From NCBI RefSeq assembly GCF_006345805.1, contig NC_043014.1, positions 52,266,001 to 52,330,000 of the forward strand: 64,000 bases of DNA, read 5' to 3'. Positions within the stretch are counted from its first letter, which is position 1. Each line of letters starts with the position of its first letter. This document shows, piece after piece, positions 1-13,379 of the stretch. Position numbers and translations under genes: made by a program. The stretch is from Octopus sinensis (Eukaryota). The notes beneath the pieces are model-generated. The model did no database searches and was not told the origin of the DNA. It worked only from the letters and a program-made list of their open reading frames with translations.

Positions 1-47
1 AGAAAACGAGAACTTATCGTGCAATTTAAACTCACATTGCAATATTA

Positions 48-49
<2 letters not shown>

Positions 50-116
<67 letters not shown>
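50..116. repeat. (TA)n microsatellite
   Basis: Perfect TA run. Confidence 0.95.
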
Positions 117-117
<1 letters not shown>

Positions 118-305
118 CGGGAAGGTTTACGAAAATTAACAAAAGACAAAGGCAGGTGGAGTACAAACAAATAATTGTATTAGTATGGCGCTCAGGAATA
201 GAAATATAAAAAATCTTTTACGTTTGGAGCCTACGCTCTTCGACAGAAACATACACAGAAAAAAAACAAGGAGAGAAAACAATGCGTGTAGGAGCTAACG
301 ATATA
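117..305 (-). mobile_element. Short Penelope-like non-autonomous element with decayed hammerhead motif
   Basis: Minus strand reads atgtttCTGTCGAaGAGCgtagGCTCCAAACGTaaaag...cctgagcgcc..taatac and ends at the (TA)n run. Homologous to copies at 20464, 31668 and 50900. Confidence 0.6.
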
Positions 306-399
306 TCACGAGACAGACTTATAAATAGAGAGATGGATAGAAAGACAGATAGATAATCTGTAAAAGGTAAGCAGAAATATATTCATACTCACGAAAGAG

Positions 400-1150
400 T
401 TGCAAAACGCTTAAGTAAAACTATTGTACGTACATAGCAAGAAAGTCTTGATAGATTTGTCAAGAGAGGAAAGACAGCATCTAAGTTGATTATTTTCAGG
501 CCATCGACACTTATGGGAGAAATATAGGAAGAAAGCAGTTTTAACCTATTTTGAGCGATTTGAAGATGGCATGAGAATCTCCATTTACTTTCCGACTGGA
601 TTAGAACAAACACGCAAACAATTAGAGATTAATGAACTATACCGCATAAAGCACAACTAGAACAAGAGAGTTGGAAGGAATGTTGTAGACACATCTCATG
701 ATAGCTAAAACGGTGCTAGATATAAACGAAGTTAATAAGCATATATTGTCTACGAGTTATATTTGCAACTGGAATCGAAATTCTAAAGCAAGACTAAATG
801 AGGAAAACAAAAACAAATAGAAAAAAAAGAAAATGATGTAGTAACAGAAAAATGGAATACAGAAAAGAAAAGTGTTGCATAAACACACACACACACACAC
901 AAACAAATGATCTCAGAGACTATCAGAGCGTCCATAATTTTGGATATGCCAATCCCAGGCAACAGGACTATCAATGTTAATCAATTGGATATTGTTATCA
1001 AGTACAGCCCGGAAAGGATGTTCTTAGAGCAAAAGAAAGGCAAGATGCATTGATTGGAAGAAAATAGTCCTAAATGGCAAATAACCGAAAGAAGTCACCT
1101 AGCGGAAACAGATAAAGACAAATGGCGGCATTTGAAAAAAAAACGCAAAG
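400..1150 (+). mobile_element. Probable highly decayed RTE-type LINE RT C-terminal remnant
   Basis: Broken frames give IIFRPSTLMGEI / KKAVLTYFERFEDGMRISI / DWIRTNTQTIR / LAETDKDKWRHL. These resemble the RTE motifs IRP..YG.E.W, L..FER...RRI, D.IRN..IR and A.DR..WR. Recognition from memory only. Confidence 0.35.
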
Positions 1151-1436
1151 CATAAATCAGTTTCCTCCCGACAGTTGATAAGGATGTATAACTAAGAGAA
1201 ACTTTCTGAGGTTGAATGCAATTTACCTATCATCCAATATAGCAAAAATCGATTCGGATGTCCATTTGCGTTGTCAGTGATAACATATTATTCGGTATCT
1301 TAGACTGTAACACAGCACCGTGTTATAGAAGACTATAGTGCAATGAGACTTGCGAGAGAGCAAGTTATACATTACATACCGTCTCACATCCAATGACTAC
1401 ACATGTGGTAGGAAGCTAAGTTAAAGACTCATCAAT

Positions 1437-1605
1437 AAAGTGGTGACCTGGCAGAATCGTTCGAAGGCCAGCCGAAGTCCTTAGCGGCATTCCGTTCGTC
1501 TTTACGCTCTCAGGTCCAATTCCATCTCGGTTGACTCTGCCATTCATCCATTCGGGGTTAATAAAATATGTACAAGTTGTTTACTGGGCGTCTATGTAAC
1601 TGACT
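1437..1605 (+). mobile_element. SINE family C, degenerate copy
   Basis: Matches C head (ctggcagaatcgtt) and core (gccattcatccattcggggtt) of better copies. Confidence 0.65.
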
Positions 1606-1914
1606 CCACCTATTCCTTGATCTTTCTGGCTTTCAGACAAAGTTCGAAAGTAATGTTGCTCATAATATTTCCTATTCGTAAGGTCATGAGCTATAACTTC
1701 ATAAGTAATCAGTTAACTTCAGAAGAAATCTCATAAGAAATACACTGTAGGTGTATTGTTTTCACCCCCATATCATTTTACAGATGCTATACTAATGACA
1801 CGCAATTATGGACGACCTGTGGACACTCACCCAGACTCGCATTCATGGTGGCCTCACTGCCTCTGAGATATATGCCAGAATTGAGTGACAAACGTCCTTC
1901 AAAATACATACATG

Positions 1915-2316
1915 TTTCTTTACTACCTACAAGGGGCTAAGCATACAAGGGACAAACAAGAACAGCCAGCCGGATTAAGTCGATTACATCGACCCCAGTG
2001 CGTAGCTGTTACTTAATTTATCAACCCCGTAAGGATGAAAGGCAAAGTCGACATCGGCGGAATTTGAACACTAGAACGTAGCGGCAGACGATATAACTAT
2101 TTCTTTACTACCCACAAGGGCTAAACATAGAGAGGAGAAACAGATTAAGTCGATTATATCGACCCCAGTGCGTAACTGGTCCTTAATTTATCAACCCCGA
2201 AAGGATGAAAGGCAAAGTCGACCTCGGCGGAATTCGAACACGAGAACGTAGCGGAAGACGAAATACCACAAAGCATTTCGCCCGGCGTGCTAACGATTCT
2301 GCCAGCTCGTCGCCTT
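1915..2316 (-). mobile_element. SINE family C, dimeric copy (head + two ~185-bp core/tail units)
   Basis: Two tandem copies of tttctttactac...cgaccccagtgcg...ggatgaaaggcaaagtcgac...ggaatt, followed by one head ending gccagctcgtcgcctt. The core resembles the Meta/Sauria-type SINE domain (recalled, not searched). Confidence 0.9.
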
Positions 2317-3123
2317 TCTTCAAAATACATACCAATGCCTTAAAAGCAAGGACGCATTACAATATATGGTGCTTGATAAGTCACAAAATATTACCAGCAG
2401 ACGGTCGCTGCCAGGGTCTGTGTCAGTGGTAATCTTTAGTAAATTTAAAACTAAGACTCAACACACTAAAGAAATACATACACACACACACACCTTCATA
2501 CAGCCATACATGTACACACGCATGCACATAGATGCAGGGCGCGTGTGTGTGTGTGCGTGCGTGACGCCACCAGAGTTCATACACGTCAAGACGAGGTGAA
2601 ATAATTGTATTGGAGACCTGTTTCTCTCGAAGCATATAGAGTCTTGAACGGCTACGTGTAATTACTGGATCAAAGAGATCATGTGGAGAGAATAAGTCAG
2701 TATATACATATATGTATGTACGAAATTTCATAATGAATTTGGGAAAACTTATATATTTGGCAAACTAAGATGGAATTGAACACAGCTTCTTCCCTTATCA
2801 CATTTCATAGAAATCACGTCCAAATTTGATAAGAAAAGGAGTGAAACATATGCGTCATATTTTTCAGTTAATAGATTAAGGCACAATTTATTGTGAAGAC
2901 TAGAATAGATAATATTGGTTAAATTTCATGGCCAACCCGGTATGAAGTCCAGATTCAATGAGCCTTCGTTGTTGTATTATTCATGCTTCAATGTGATATA
3001 CCAAGAAGTTCCGTTTGTATTTCGACCACTCATTCTGTGTCAGAATTTAAGGAAATTAACACATCGTTCAGTTCAAAGGAAATTGGATTGCATGAGGGAT
3101 AAAACTTTGCTTTATAATACCTA

Positions 3124-3285
3124 CACACACACACACACGTGTGTGTGTGTGTGTGTGTGTGTTCATAATACGAAATAATATAATGCATGAGGACCATGTA
3201 AACTGAATGAAGTATGAATGTATATTGTCACATTGCGTCTCCCTCTGCTTCCTACCTCTCTCTGTATACACACACACACATATAT

Positions 3286-3319
<34 letters not shown>

Positions 3320-3340
3320 CATATATGTGTGTGTGTATAT

Positions 3341-3384
<44 letters not shown>

Positions 3385-3470
3385 CATTTGTGTGTGTGTA
3401 TGGACATACGCGCACAAATACGTATACAAGCTCATATACGTATATGTTTGTGTGCATGTATATAAATATA
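3124..3470. repeat. Compound (CA)n/(TG)n/(TA)n microsatellite block
   Basis: Visible dinucleotide runs. Source of the YIYI/CVCV ORFs. Confidence 0.9.
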
Positions 3471-4833
3471 TGTATATGAAAGTGTGTACGTATGTTGTAC
3501 GCATGGATGTATGGATGTATGCTAGATCCATAAAGAAACTAGAATAAAAAGCAAATAAGATACTTGATGGTCATCACACAAGGATTTAACAGAGTGGAAG
3601 AATGAATATATTTCATAAAGACACCAACCTCCCGGCAATAGTTATGTGAAATATTACAGGTTATTGAGAGACAGTTAATATACTGGCCTTGGATAAGCGG
3701 ATACTCAATAACGCCATTTCATTAATAAATATTTAGCAAGAACAGGATTTAACGGAAATCATATTCACAACGCAAAATCCTACACAAATACGCATTAATG
3801 AGAAAAGCACAAAATAGTCAAATACAGCCGCATCCATGGATCATGAATGGATGTACAGATATTGCAAATATTGTTCAGTAACAGCCTACCAGGCGGTTTC
3901 CTATTGAAAACCTACCAGAATACTCTACACAATAGTCTCACCATTAATGCAAATGATTGCTTTGACAATACCGGACTCCAAACCTACCTTAAATATCAAA
4001 TTGTAAGAACCGAAATATTATGAAGATACATTTCATCTGCATAGATGTGTAGAAGCACTGAAAAGTATCTAACGAACAGGCTTCTACATAAGAAAAAATG
4101 CAAGCGTAACAGTGAGTCCATTAATCAACGGTTTGTATTCATAATTATATACTATAGAAATCCCGGAATATGCTCAATATTACATCATTGTGTATGTGTG
4201 GGCGCGGCTGTCAGGTAAGGAGCTTGCACTGCAATCACGTGGTTCTGGGTTCACTCCCACAGCATAGAACTAGAGTAAAGGTATTTCTTTTTTAAATATA
4301 ACCCAGGGTTGATTAAAGACCAGAAGTGGATTTTGTAGGGAGATGCCGAAATTCTGTCCTGTGTGTGTATTTGTGTGTGTGTTCGTTTGTGTTTGTGTGT
4401 GTGGGTGGGTGTGCTTGTTTGTGGAAGTGGCTGTTTGTATGTGGGTGTTTGTATATGTGTCTGCGTGTGTGTTTCCGTGTTTCCGTGTGTGTGTTTGTGT
4501 AAATGTGTTCTTGTGTGTTTGTGTGTGTGCTTATGTGTATTTGTGGATGGGCTCTGTTAGGTTTAAGATGCCGCGATACTTACATTCTTATCGACGTAAA
4601 GCCAATGTAAACACAATAAATAAGACTTCAAGTAATTGATATTTCGGGCATACAACTCCCCATCAAGGGATATGATTTGGTTTCATACTTTGAATACAAC
4701 GGATAAAAGTTACAAAACGAAATCTGCCTTGGCCGCATGTGCTGATACCTTATGAAAATGATGTCAGTCTAAAAAGCAGTATTCTAGTTCTTATCGTTGA
4801 AGTCTCGACCAAGAAACGAAATTCTTTAGCTTT

Positions 4834-5032
4834 CTCTTTTACTCTTTTACTTTTACTTGTTTCAGTCATTTGACTGCGGCCATGCTGGAGCACCGCCTTT
4901 AGTCGAGCAAATCGACCCCGGGACTTATTCTTTTGTAAGCCCAGTACTTATTCTATCGGTCTCTTTTGCCGAACCGCTAAGTGACGGGGTCGTAAACACA
5001 CCAGCATCGGTTTTCAAGCAATGCTAGGGCGC

Positions 5033-5080
<48 letters not shown>

Positions 5081-5256
5081 TACACATATATACGACAGGT
5101 TTCTTTCAGTTTCCGTCTACCAAATCCACTCACAAGGCATTGGTCGGCCCGGGGCTATAGCAGAAGACACTTGCCCAAGATGCCACGCAGTGGGACTGAA
5201 CCTGGAACCATGTGGTTGGTTAGAAAGCTACTTACCACACAGCCACTCCTGCGCCT
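4834..5256 (-). mobile_element. SINE family A, full length
   Basis: Reverse complement of the tRNA-like head aggcgcaggagtggctgtgtggtaag...ggttcagtccc, internal (CA)n, and tail ending ctgaaacaagtaaaag. More than 8 homologous copies in the window. Confidence 0.95.
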
Positions 5257-5557
5257 AGCTGTTAATATTTTGCTAAACAACATGTTCAACAACTATTCAC
5301 AGGCTCACAGATATAATTTCCTTCCTCATCCTGCATCTACAAAAGCGATTTTTCTGGTGTCTGATACTCTCTTTTACAAGAGAGAAACAGATAGATTTAA
5401 CTGACAGACTCTTAATATCTGATGTGTGTTTTATGCTAGGTTTCGAAGTAAACATTTTCCCCAATCACGCGTATGTCTTCGTATCATCATTATGTCTTCG
5501 TATGAATTAATCTTTTTCAAACGTCCCTTACCGGACTTTAGCAGCTCACAATGAACT

Positions 5558-5944
5558 GGGGAAGCACTCCGTTGGTTACGACGACGAGCGTTCCGGTTGA
5601 TCGGAATCAACGGAACAGCCTGCTCGTGAAATTAACGTGTAAGTGGCTGAGCACTCCACAGACACGTGCACCCTTAACGTAGTTCTCGGGGATATTCAGC
5701 GTGACAGAGAGAGTGACAAGGCCGGCCCTTTGAACTACAGGTACAGCAGAAACAGGAAGTAAGAGTGAGAGAAAGTTATGGTGAAAGAGTACAGCAGGGA
5801 TCACCACCATCCCCTGCCGGAGCCTCGTGGAGCTTTTGGTGTTTTCGCTCAATAAACACTCACAACGCCCGGTCTGGGAATCGAAACCGCGATACTATGA
5901 CCGCGAGTCCGCTGCCCTAACCACTGCGCCATTGCGCCTCCACA
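5558..5944 (-). mobile_element. SINE family B, full length, with target-site duplication
   Basis: tRNA-like head (tggcgcagtggttagggc...ggtttcgattccc). cacaatgaact is repeated at 5547-5557 and 5941-5951. Confidence 0.95.
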
Positions 5945-6227
5945 ATGAACTACTTACGTTGGAAACACTTTGAGAGCCTAAGGATGCGATATTTACTTCT
6001 TACGTCTCTGTAAAATTTCTCTTTCCTAAGATTGACTCCAAAACCTCTAATCTTAATAAAAGGTAACAGTTTCTTGTAAGATACCAAACGGTTCACGGCG
6101 AATTACTTTTATCCTGCTCGGAGTTATGAAAATCAAACTTGATTTCGGTGTAACTAGAATTAGTTAATGAATGGGACATAACTAATACCGCAAGATACTT
6201 TGCTTTTTAAACGTTTAACTTATGCAC

Positions 6228-6566
6228 AGGGTAAAAGGGTAAAGACTCCCTTCGGTTATTAGTGACCCTGGGATTGCACCTAGAAAGTTACCCTCCTAGA
6301 CACAAGTCCGGGCAAGGTTGTTTATGGAAGACCAGCAGTCGCCCATGCATACCAACCTTCCCTCTCCACGCCACCAGAGTTATCCAAGGGAAATACAAAG
6401 GTCGATACAGCTTGGCACCTGTGACGTCGCAACTCATTTCTACAGCTGAGTGAACTGGAGCAACGTGAAATAAAGTGCCTTGCTCAAGAACACAACACGC
6501 AGCCCGGTCCGGGATTCGAGCTCACAACCTCACGATCGTAAGCTCGACGCTCTAACCACTGAGCCG
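6228..6566 (-). mobile_element. SINE family D, full length
   Basis: tRNA-like head ggctcagtggttagagc...gctcgaatccc on the minus strand. Nearly identical to 9679-10024. Confidence 0.95.
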
Positions 6567-7392
6567 ACGCAGTTAATACCCACAACGTTAATGCTTGGCT
6601 ATTACCACAGTTTTTGAACACCGAGAATTTTCACTTTAGTGGAAGACATTATTAATATTTTTTTTCAATAAATGGCTAAGTCAATTTCTGTAAAGGATAG
6701 AACTACTGAAACAAATGTTTCCATATTGCATTGTATCACGCGCTTTAGGGAAATATTATGTGGACAACTATAAAACAAATCAGGGCAGTTATTGAATATA
6801 GGGAACCCATGACAGTAAATGTATGACGAATTAGCGCAGAAATCATAATGAAGACAAAACTAATTAGCATTAAAGAAGGCAAAATATTCTTGTCGAAGAT
6901 GAAAGAAGGTGAAACCAGAATCTAAAGAAAAGAAATATGATTGTTTATTTCATATTAGATATTTCTTCCACGAGAAGTACATAGAGACAATTAGACTTGT
7001 ATCTACATTATATGTTTGTATATATATATATATATATATATATATAATGTAGCTACAAGTCAAGTTCTCTCTCTCTCTCTCTCTCTCTCTCTGAGAGAGG
7101 GGGGTCTAAACGTGACGTGATTAGAGAATTCACTTTATCGCAGAAAGATTTTTATCAGGTATTCCTTTGAAGTTGTCAAATAATTGAATTTCAAGAAAAT
7201 GTTTTTTAAGGCGCATTTGAGTGATCGTTAATAAAGCTGGCTCTGTTACTACTAACACTAGTGGTGTCAGTACCAAGTGTACTTCTGATCCTACGAAATT
7301 TCGAAATGTTAGGTGGAGTAAATTAACAACAGTGGGTGTATGAAATAGAAACATGATTAATAGATTCGACTTTTACTGAGGTAAAAATGTGA

Positions 7393-7425
<33 letters not shown>

Positions 7426-7529
7426 ATAGAAGTGTAGAAATTACCTCATTTTCAGCTCTGCAACAATGTCCAGCAAACTGGACTCTTCTACCTTTCACAA
7501 GAAATATCTTGTGAAAGGTAGTATATGTA

Positions 7530-7596
7530 TATATATGCATATATATCGTGTATATATACATATGTATATATATATATATATATTATGCATATATAC

Positions 7597-7663
<67 letters not shown>

Positions 7664-7790
7664 GTATGTATATATATATATATATTATGTATGTATATAT
7701 ATATATAATGTTTATGTGTACATATATATATATAATGTTTATGTGTACATATATGTGTATATAGACATGCATAGATGTATGTGTATATAT
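7530..7790. repeat. Compound (TA)n microsatellite with a small internal tandem duplication
   Basis: Long TA run. tatataatgtttatgtgtacata occurs twice near 7700-7755. Confidence 0.9.
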
Positions 7791-7963
7791 GTGCGCAATG
7801 ATAATCTATAGATGCGTATCGTCGAAGATCGGTTATATAAAATGTATTTTGCGTATTTTCCTCGGGCAATTTACTTCTGAACTTACCATATATTCAATAA
7901 AATGAAATAGAGAGACAGACAGACAGAGATATGAGATATTTACTACATAATCCAAAAGTCAAA

Positions 7964-7994
<31 letters not shown>

Positions 7995-8629
7995 CATCAG
8001 TATTGCTACTGTGATAGAATTTCCACAAAGAAAAGATGTAATTAGATGAAAAGAATGGTTTTATTTAATATTTAACTCGTGCTATTCTTTTTGTTATGAT
8101 CTTTTTGCCGAGGGGAGGTGAGTTGTACTAACGTTGCAAGACTAATACCACTCTGTCTGACGGAGAGAGAGAGAGAGAGAGTGAGAAAGAGAGAGTCGAC
8201 AGAGAATTAAGAGGAAGAGAGTGGGAGTAATAAAGATCGAAAGTGAAAATAAAAGGAAGAGCAAAACAATTACGTTTGTATTGTCTCTCAGCAGAAGAAG
8301 AAGAAAAACATAACCGAAATATTATCCTCTTACCCAACATCTTACGATTTTTATCAAAAACTTTCGAACTTTACTAAATATCCACTCTTTTAATATATCT
8401 GAAAAAAGAAAATAATTTTTTTATTTGAAAATCACGGCCACCACGTCGAAAGACGTCATAGAATCAAACGTTATGCTTCCTCTTAAGGTATATCTACGCA
8501 TCACATTCTACTTTTATAGTGTCTTGTTTACAAGATTCTCTCATATTGCATGCACACCCACACACACACTTGTTGATCACATACAGTTCGTATGTTGGCA
8601 TGCCAAAATTAATTTAAAAAAAGAAAGAT

Positions 8630-8735
8630 AGGCGCAGGAGTGGCTGTGTGGTAAGTAGCTTGCTAACCGACTACATGGTACCGAGTTCAGTCCCACTGTG
8701 TGGCATCTTGGGCAAGTGTATTCTACTATAGCCCC
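8630..8735 (+). mobile_element. SINE family A, 5' portion only
   Basis: Head matches family A and stops at atagcccc, abutting a LINE fragment. Confidence 0.9.
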
Positions 8736-8737
8736 AT

Positions 8738-8935
8738 ATTTAAACGCAATATGCTTGTTGTTCCAAGTAACGCCGATTTTTGCAATACACCTAGATAGTA
8801 GAGTATTTCGAAACTTTCATCATGTTTCATCATGATGGGTGGTATTGGGTCCAATGCTTCGATGACAATAGGGACAATCTTTATATTTGAAGCTCGTAGC
8901 TGCCACAACATAACGATCTCATATCAACTGACCCC
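8738..8935 (-). mobile_element. R4/Dong-type non-LTR retrotransposon, RLE C-terminal fragment
   Basis: ORF 8726-8911 reads LWQL..KIVPIVIEALDPIP...LQKSALLGTTSILR, the characteristic end of restriction-like-endonuclease LINEs (IPIVIGALG...LQK.ALLGT.RILR). Confidence 0.85.
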
Positions 8936-9039
8936 TTGCGTTTACGAGCATGATGCGTATTTTGACCAGTTAAAGGACTACGATTGGGGAGAGGCTGGTT
9001 TTATTATTATTATTATTGCACTTACTGTGATCGGGCAAA

Positions 9040-9216
9040 GTCGTTAGCAGGCTGCAAAACATGTTACATCTCATCACATCCGTCTTCCCATTCTGAGATC
9101 GAATTCCGCCGTGGTCGATTTTGCTTTTCATCCATTCGCGGTCGATAAATTAAGTACCAGTGGAACACTGGTGGTCGATGTAATCGACTAGTTACCCTCC
9201 TCCAAATTTCAGGCTT
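9040..9216 (+). mobile_element. SINE family C, degenerate copy
   Basis: Core tttgcttttcatccattcgcggtcgataaattaagtaccag. Confidence 0.8.
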
Positions 9217-9650
9217 TATTATTGTTTTTCTTATCATCATCATTCATATTCACACAACAGATTAGACTGTTGGAAAAGAAAAGAATCTGACCTTCAGACC
9301 ACAACAAGTGGTCTTAGATGCTAAGAACTCTCATATTGGGTTACAGCAAATAACCTTAAATACCAAGAATTTTCCTAAGTTTCCTAGCTGTCCCTAATAA
9401 CACTGTTTTCTGCAGCTGCATTAAACGGTTTTTTTATACCTATTTTCTCTATTCATCTGCTCAGAACTTTAGGGATAGTTTCCAATGCACCTAAAACTGC
9501 TGGGTTACATTTTACCCGCAAGTTCCATAGTCTCTGTAATTCAATGGTTAGGTCCTGGTACTTTACTAGTTGTTCTATACCTTACATGTTTCTATCATTT
9601 GGAACTGTAAAGTCAATTATCTGACATTATCTACACTCTTTACCTGTAGC
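9217..9650 (-). mobile_element. R4/Dong-type non-LTR retrotransposon, 3' fragment with 3' UTR
   Basis: My translation: IIDFTVPNDRNM*GIEQLVKYQDLTIELQRLWNLRVKCNPAVLGALETIPKVLSR*IEKIGI/LQKTVLLGTARKLRKILGI* (stop at 9356-9358). Two stops and one frameshift. Confidence 0.9.
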
Positions 9651-9678
9651 TACTACTACTACTACTACTACTACTACT

Positions 9679-10024
9679 AAAGGGTAAGGGTAAAGACCCC
9701 CTTCGGTCATGAAGGGCCATGGGATTGCACCTAGAAAGTTACCCTCCTAGACACAGGTCCGGACAAGGTTGTTTATGGAAGACCAGCAGTCACCCATGCA
9801 TACCAGCCTCCCCTCTCCACGCCACCAGTGTTATCCAAGGGAAAGACAAAGGTCGATACAGCTTGGCACCTGTGACGTCGCAACTCATTTCTACAGCTGA
9901 GTGAACTGGAGCAACGTGAAATAAAGTGCCTTGCTCAAGAACACAACACGCAGCCCGGTCCGGGATTCGAACTCACAACCTCACGATCGTAAGCTCGACG
10001 CTCTAACCACTGAGCCATGCGCCT
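9679..10024 (-). mobile_element. SINE family D, full length, inserted in a (CTA)n run
   Basis: Same sequence as 6228-6566, with (TAC)n on both flanks. Confidence 0.95.
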
Positions 10025-10503
10025 TTACTACTACTACTACCACCACGAAATCAGGCCATCTAGCTTCTATTACTCTGTTAGTCTGAATGTTATCATCATC
10101 AACATCATTATTATTATTATTATACTATGACGGTATCAACGTAGTACAATTCTCATGGTGTTTGATAAATTGTTGGACGGCATTTATTTCGGTTTTTTAC
10201 GATCTGAATTCAAATAACTTAAAGATAAATTTTGGTCTTCATTCTTTCTCGGTCCAATAATATAAGTCCGAGTCAAATAGTGGGAACGATGTAATCTACT
10301 GACCCCTTTCCCCCTGATATATATATATGGCCTGCTTCCCAGATTAGAAAGTATTTTTTCCTTCATCATCATTTTTATCAATAGTTAGTAGTGTGATGAA
10401 GATGGTGGTTGGTGTGAATGCTTAGTCATTTGGCCTGGGTGGGGTAATCATGTTGGTAGAAGCAGTATTGTAGGTAGTGGCATCGATGTCGGTCGTCATC
10501 GTT

Positions 10504-10554
<51 letters not shown>

Positions 10555-11027
10555 ATTTCCATCCTCTTACCGTGCGATTCTATACATTTGCTTTTGTTGT
10601 AATTTATTTCAATGAAATTAAATTACCCGACGCACGGTGAAGTATTTTACGACTGAATCTCAGAACGAAGAACTGATTAAAGGAAGCAACGGTAGATAGA
10701 TGACTCACCACATACGAGCGAGATGAAGAATTGATGTGAAGATGTTTTAAGTGTTTTCCATCAATTTTATGTTATGCCTTTTTAAAAATTAATGACATAT
10801 ACCTTGTGACACCAAATTCATACAAAAGTACGCTTCACCTGTCGTAATTTAGACGCCATTTTTTCAAACGAATTCCGTTGTTAAATTAAGTTGTTTAATT
10901 AAGTTGTGAGGAAATGTTGCTATTAAAAACAATCAGGATATAGTTTCGACTGAATATTATTCAAGACAGTGCCCCAGTATGGTCGCAATCAAATGACAGA
11001 AACAAAATTATATATATATATATATAT

Positions 11028-11473
<446 letters not shown>

Positions 11474-13036
11474 GCAGAATTTGAACTTCCAACTTAGTTT
11501 ATTCCCAGTTAGCTTATTCATAATAATTATCCGACACGTGTTTCGATCCTACTAACTGCATATCGTTGCATATTTATATGCAACGATTTATGTAATATTA
11601 GTACTATCTCTTCAGGGTATATATGTCCTTTTTTAAAGAAGAATTTTCCTCCCTTATTAGTTTGAATTATGACCTTTCACCGATGAGCTGTTTTTCTCAA
11701 CTGATTACTTGGGTTACATTCAGCAGCAGTAGTATTTGTTTTTTTACCTTTTTTTCCCCTTTACAAAGCCACTGTGTACGATGATTAACATTTCAATAGA
11801 AGATACATTTTTCGTCACCAGTCTCAAGTCTATCCAAAAAGGGTGAAATGAGTTCGCGAGAATGGAGAGAAAAGCAGATGTCAACTCGGGATTATCCTCG
11901 ACCAATCAACAAATTTCCAAAACAGATATTAATTAGAGACATGTTCATTTTACAGAAACAAGGCAATTTTCGAATTCCAATTAAAAAGAAGACAGTTGCA
12001 GCCAATCTCCAGGTATTTTATTCTTAGCTTTTGAAAATGAAAGAAATCTGAAAGCGGTTAAGTTTTTAAAAAAAATTTAAATAAGCTTTGAATTATATAT
12101 ATATGTGTGTGCGTGTGTGTGTGCGCCATGCACCACCGCTTGAAAACAGTGTCCTTATGAATCAACGGATCATCATAATGGATTGACAGATTGATTAGCA
12201 GGTTTAAAACATCATAAGTGCGGGTGGCGATTCATTCGGCAAGCAGTTCTTCGGGGTACCTAGTCCTATTTACAGCACCGAGTCGACCCATTCTTTATGA
12301 ATGTAACTAAGCATGTAGAAACTTGAAGGAACGTATAAAGTAACTCAAAACTACAGCTTGATTAAGACGGAAATATATTGAGTCTCCTCCAGCAAATATT
12401 TTAAGAGTGCACATAACTTTGTAATCTTTAGTCAAAAACTAGTTTTTTTGAGGACGATATTTGAAGTTAAACGCAGAATACACACTCTGGAAATCGATGT
12501 GGATTCACTTCGAAATACTTTTTCTTTTTACTATTAAGATTGTAAACAATTTATATTATATTTGTATCGTGTGTGAAAATCATATTGAAAATAATCGGTA
12601 CGTTTATTGGTTAACAACACCAGATTCGCATCCGATCCCCTGACATTTCCATCGATTATATCTCTGGCTAGCTTTAATATATTTTGACCATATTGAGGAG
12701 ACTTTTGATCTCGCCTTCATGGTCAAGACATGCAATAAATATTTTTACCACACCATTTTGTAAATTAGTTTTCACATACCATAAATCTATTTTTTATTAT
12801 ATTTTCCTGCGTTTATTGATTTTTACTTATCACTATTCATTTCATATTAAGTGTTTTTAGTATTGCAGTAATGGAGAAACATATTATTTTGCAGATATTT
12901 GGGAATCAATTTTTATTACCATTGCTCTATCCTTAACTAGATGATATTGCTGTCCTTCCATAGGTATACACAGACAAAGCTACATACATATACTACATAT
13001 TCACCCATTACAGTCACACATGCAATATATATATAT

Positions 13037-13325
13037 AAAAAAAAATCAACGTAGATTATGCTAAAATAATTTTATAAAAAACATTTCAGTACCGGTTTCG
13101 ATGACTGAGACTTTTTAAACTCTAAGTATGGAAAACAATTGAATTTTGAAAGAACAGTTGCATAATATTCAAATACTGGAGTAATTTCCTTGATTCTGAC
13201 TGTCTCTCTTGTGTACTCTTTTGGGTAAACAAGAGATACAAAACTTTGTTTTCCATACTTACAATTGAAAAAGTCTCAATGTCCGAAACCGGTACTGAAG
13301 TTTCTTTCTACCTTGACTTTTTTTC

Positions 13326-13328
<3 letters not shown>
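13037..13328. mobile_element. Penelope-like remnant with 54-bp inverted arms, flanked by (TA)n
   Basis: Arms 13085-13138 and 13246-13299 (ttcagtaccggtttcg...aagtatggaaaacaa and its reverse complement). Each carries cGAAACCGGTA. Confidence 0.55.

Positions 13329-13379
<51 letters not shown>

Noticed and set aside
500-660. Open 53-codon segment after ttttcag as a terminal exon
   Set aside because: Better explained as part of a decayed RTE-like RT remnant, judging from motifs in neighbouring frames.
3068-3531. [12 protein letters not shown] ORFs here and throughout the window
   Set aside because: They are translations of dinucleotide microsatellites.
5021-5404. Recurrent ORFs such as RQASFSFRLPNPLTRHWSARG..., MGLHLESYPPRH... 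and MVVIPAVLFHHN...
   Set aside because: They are read-throughs of SINE families A, D and B. They recur because the SINE recurs.
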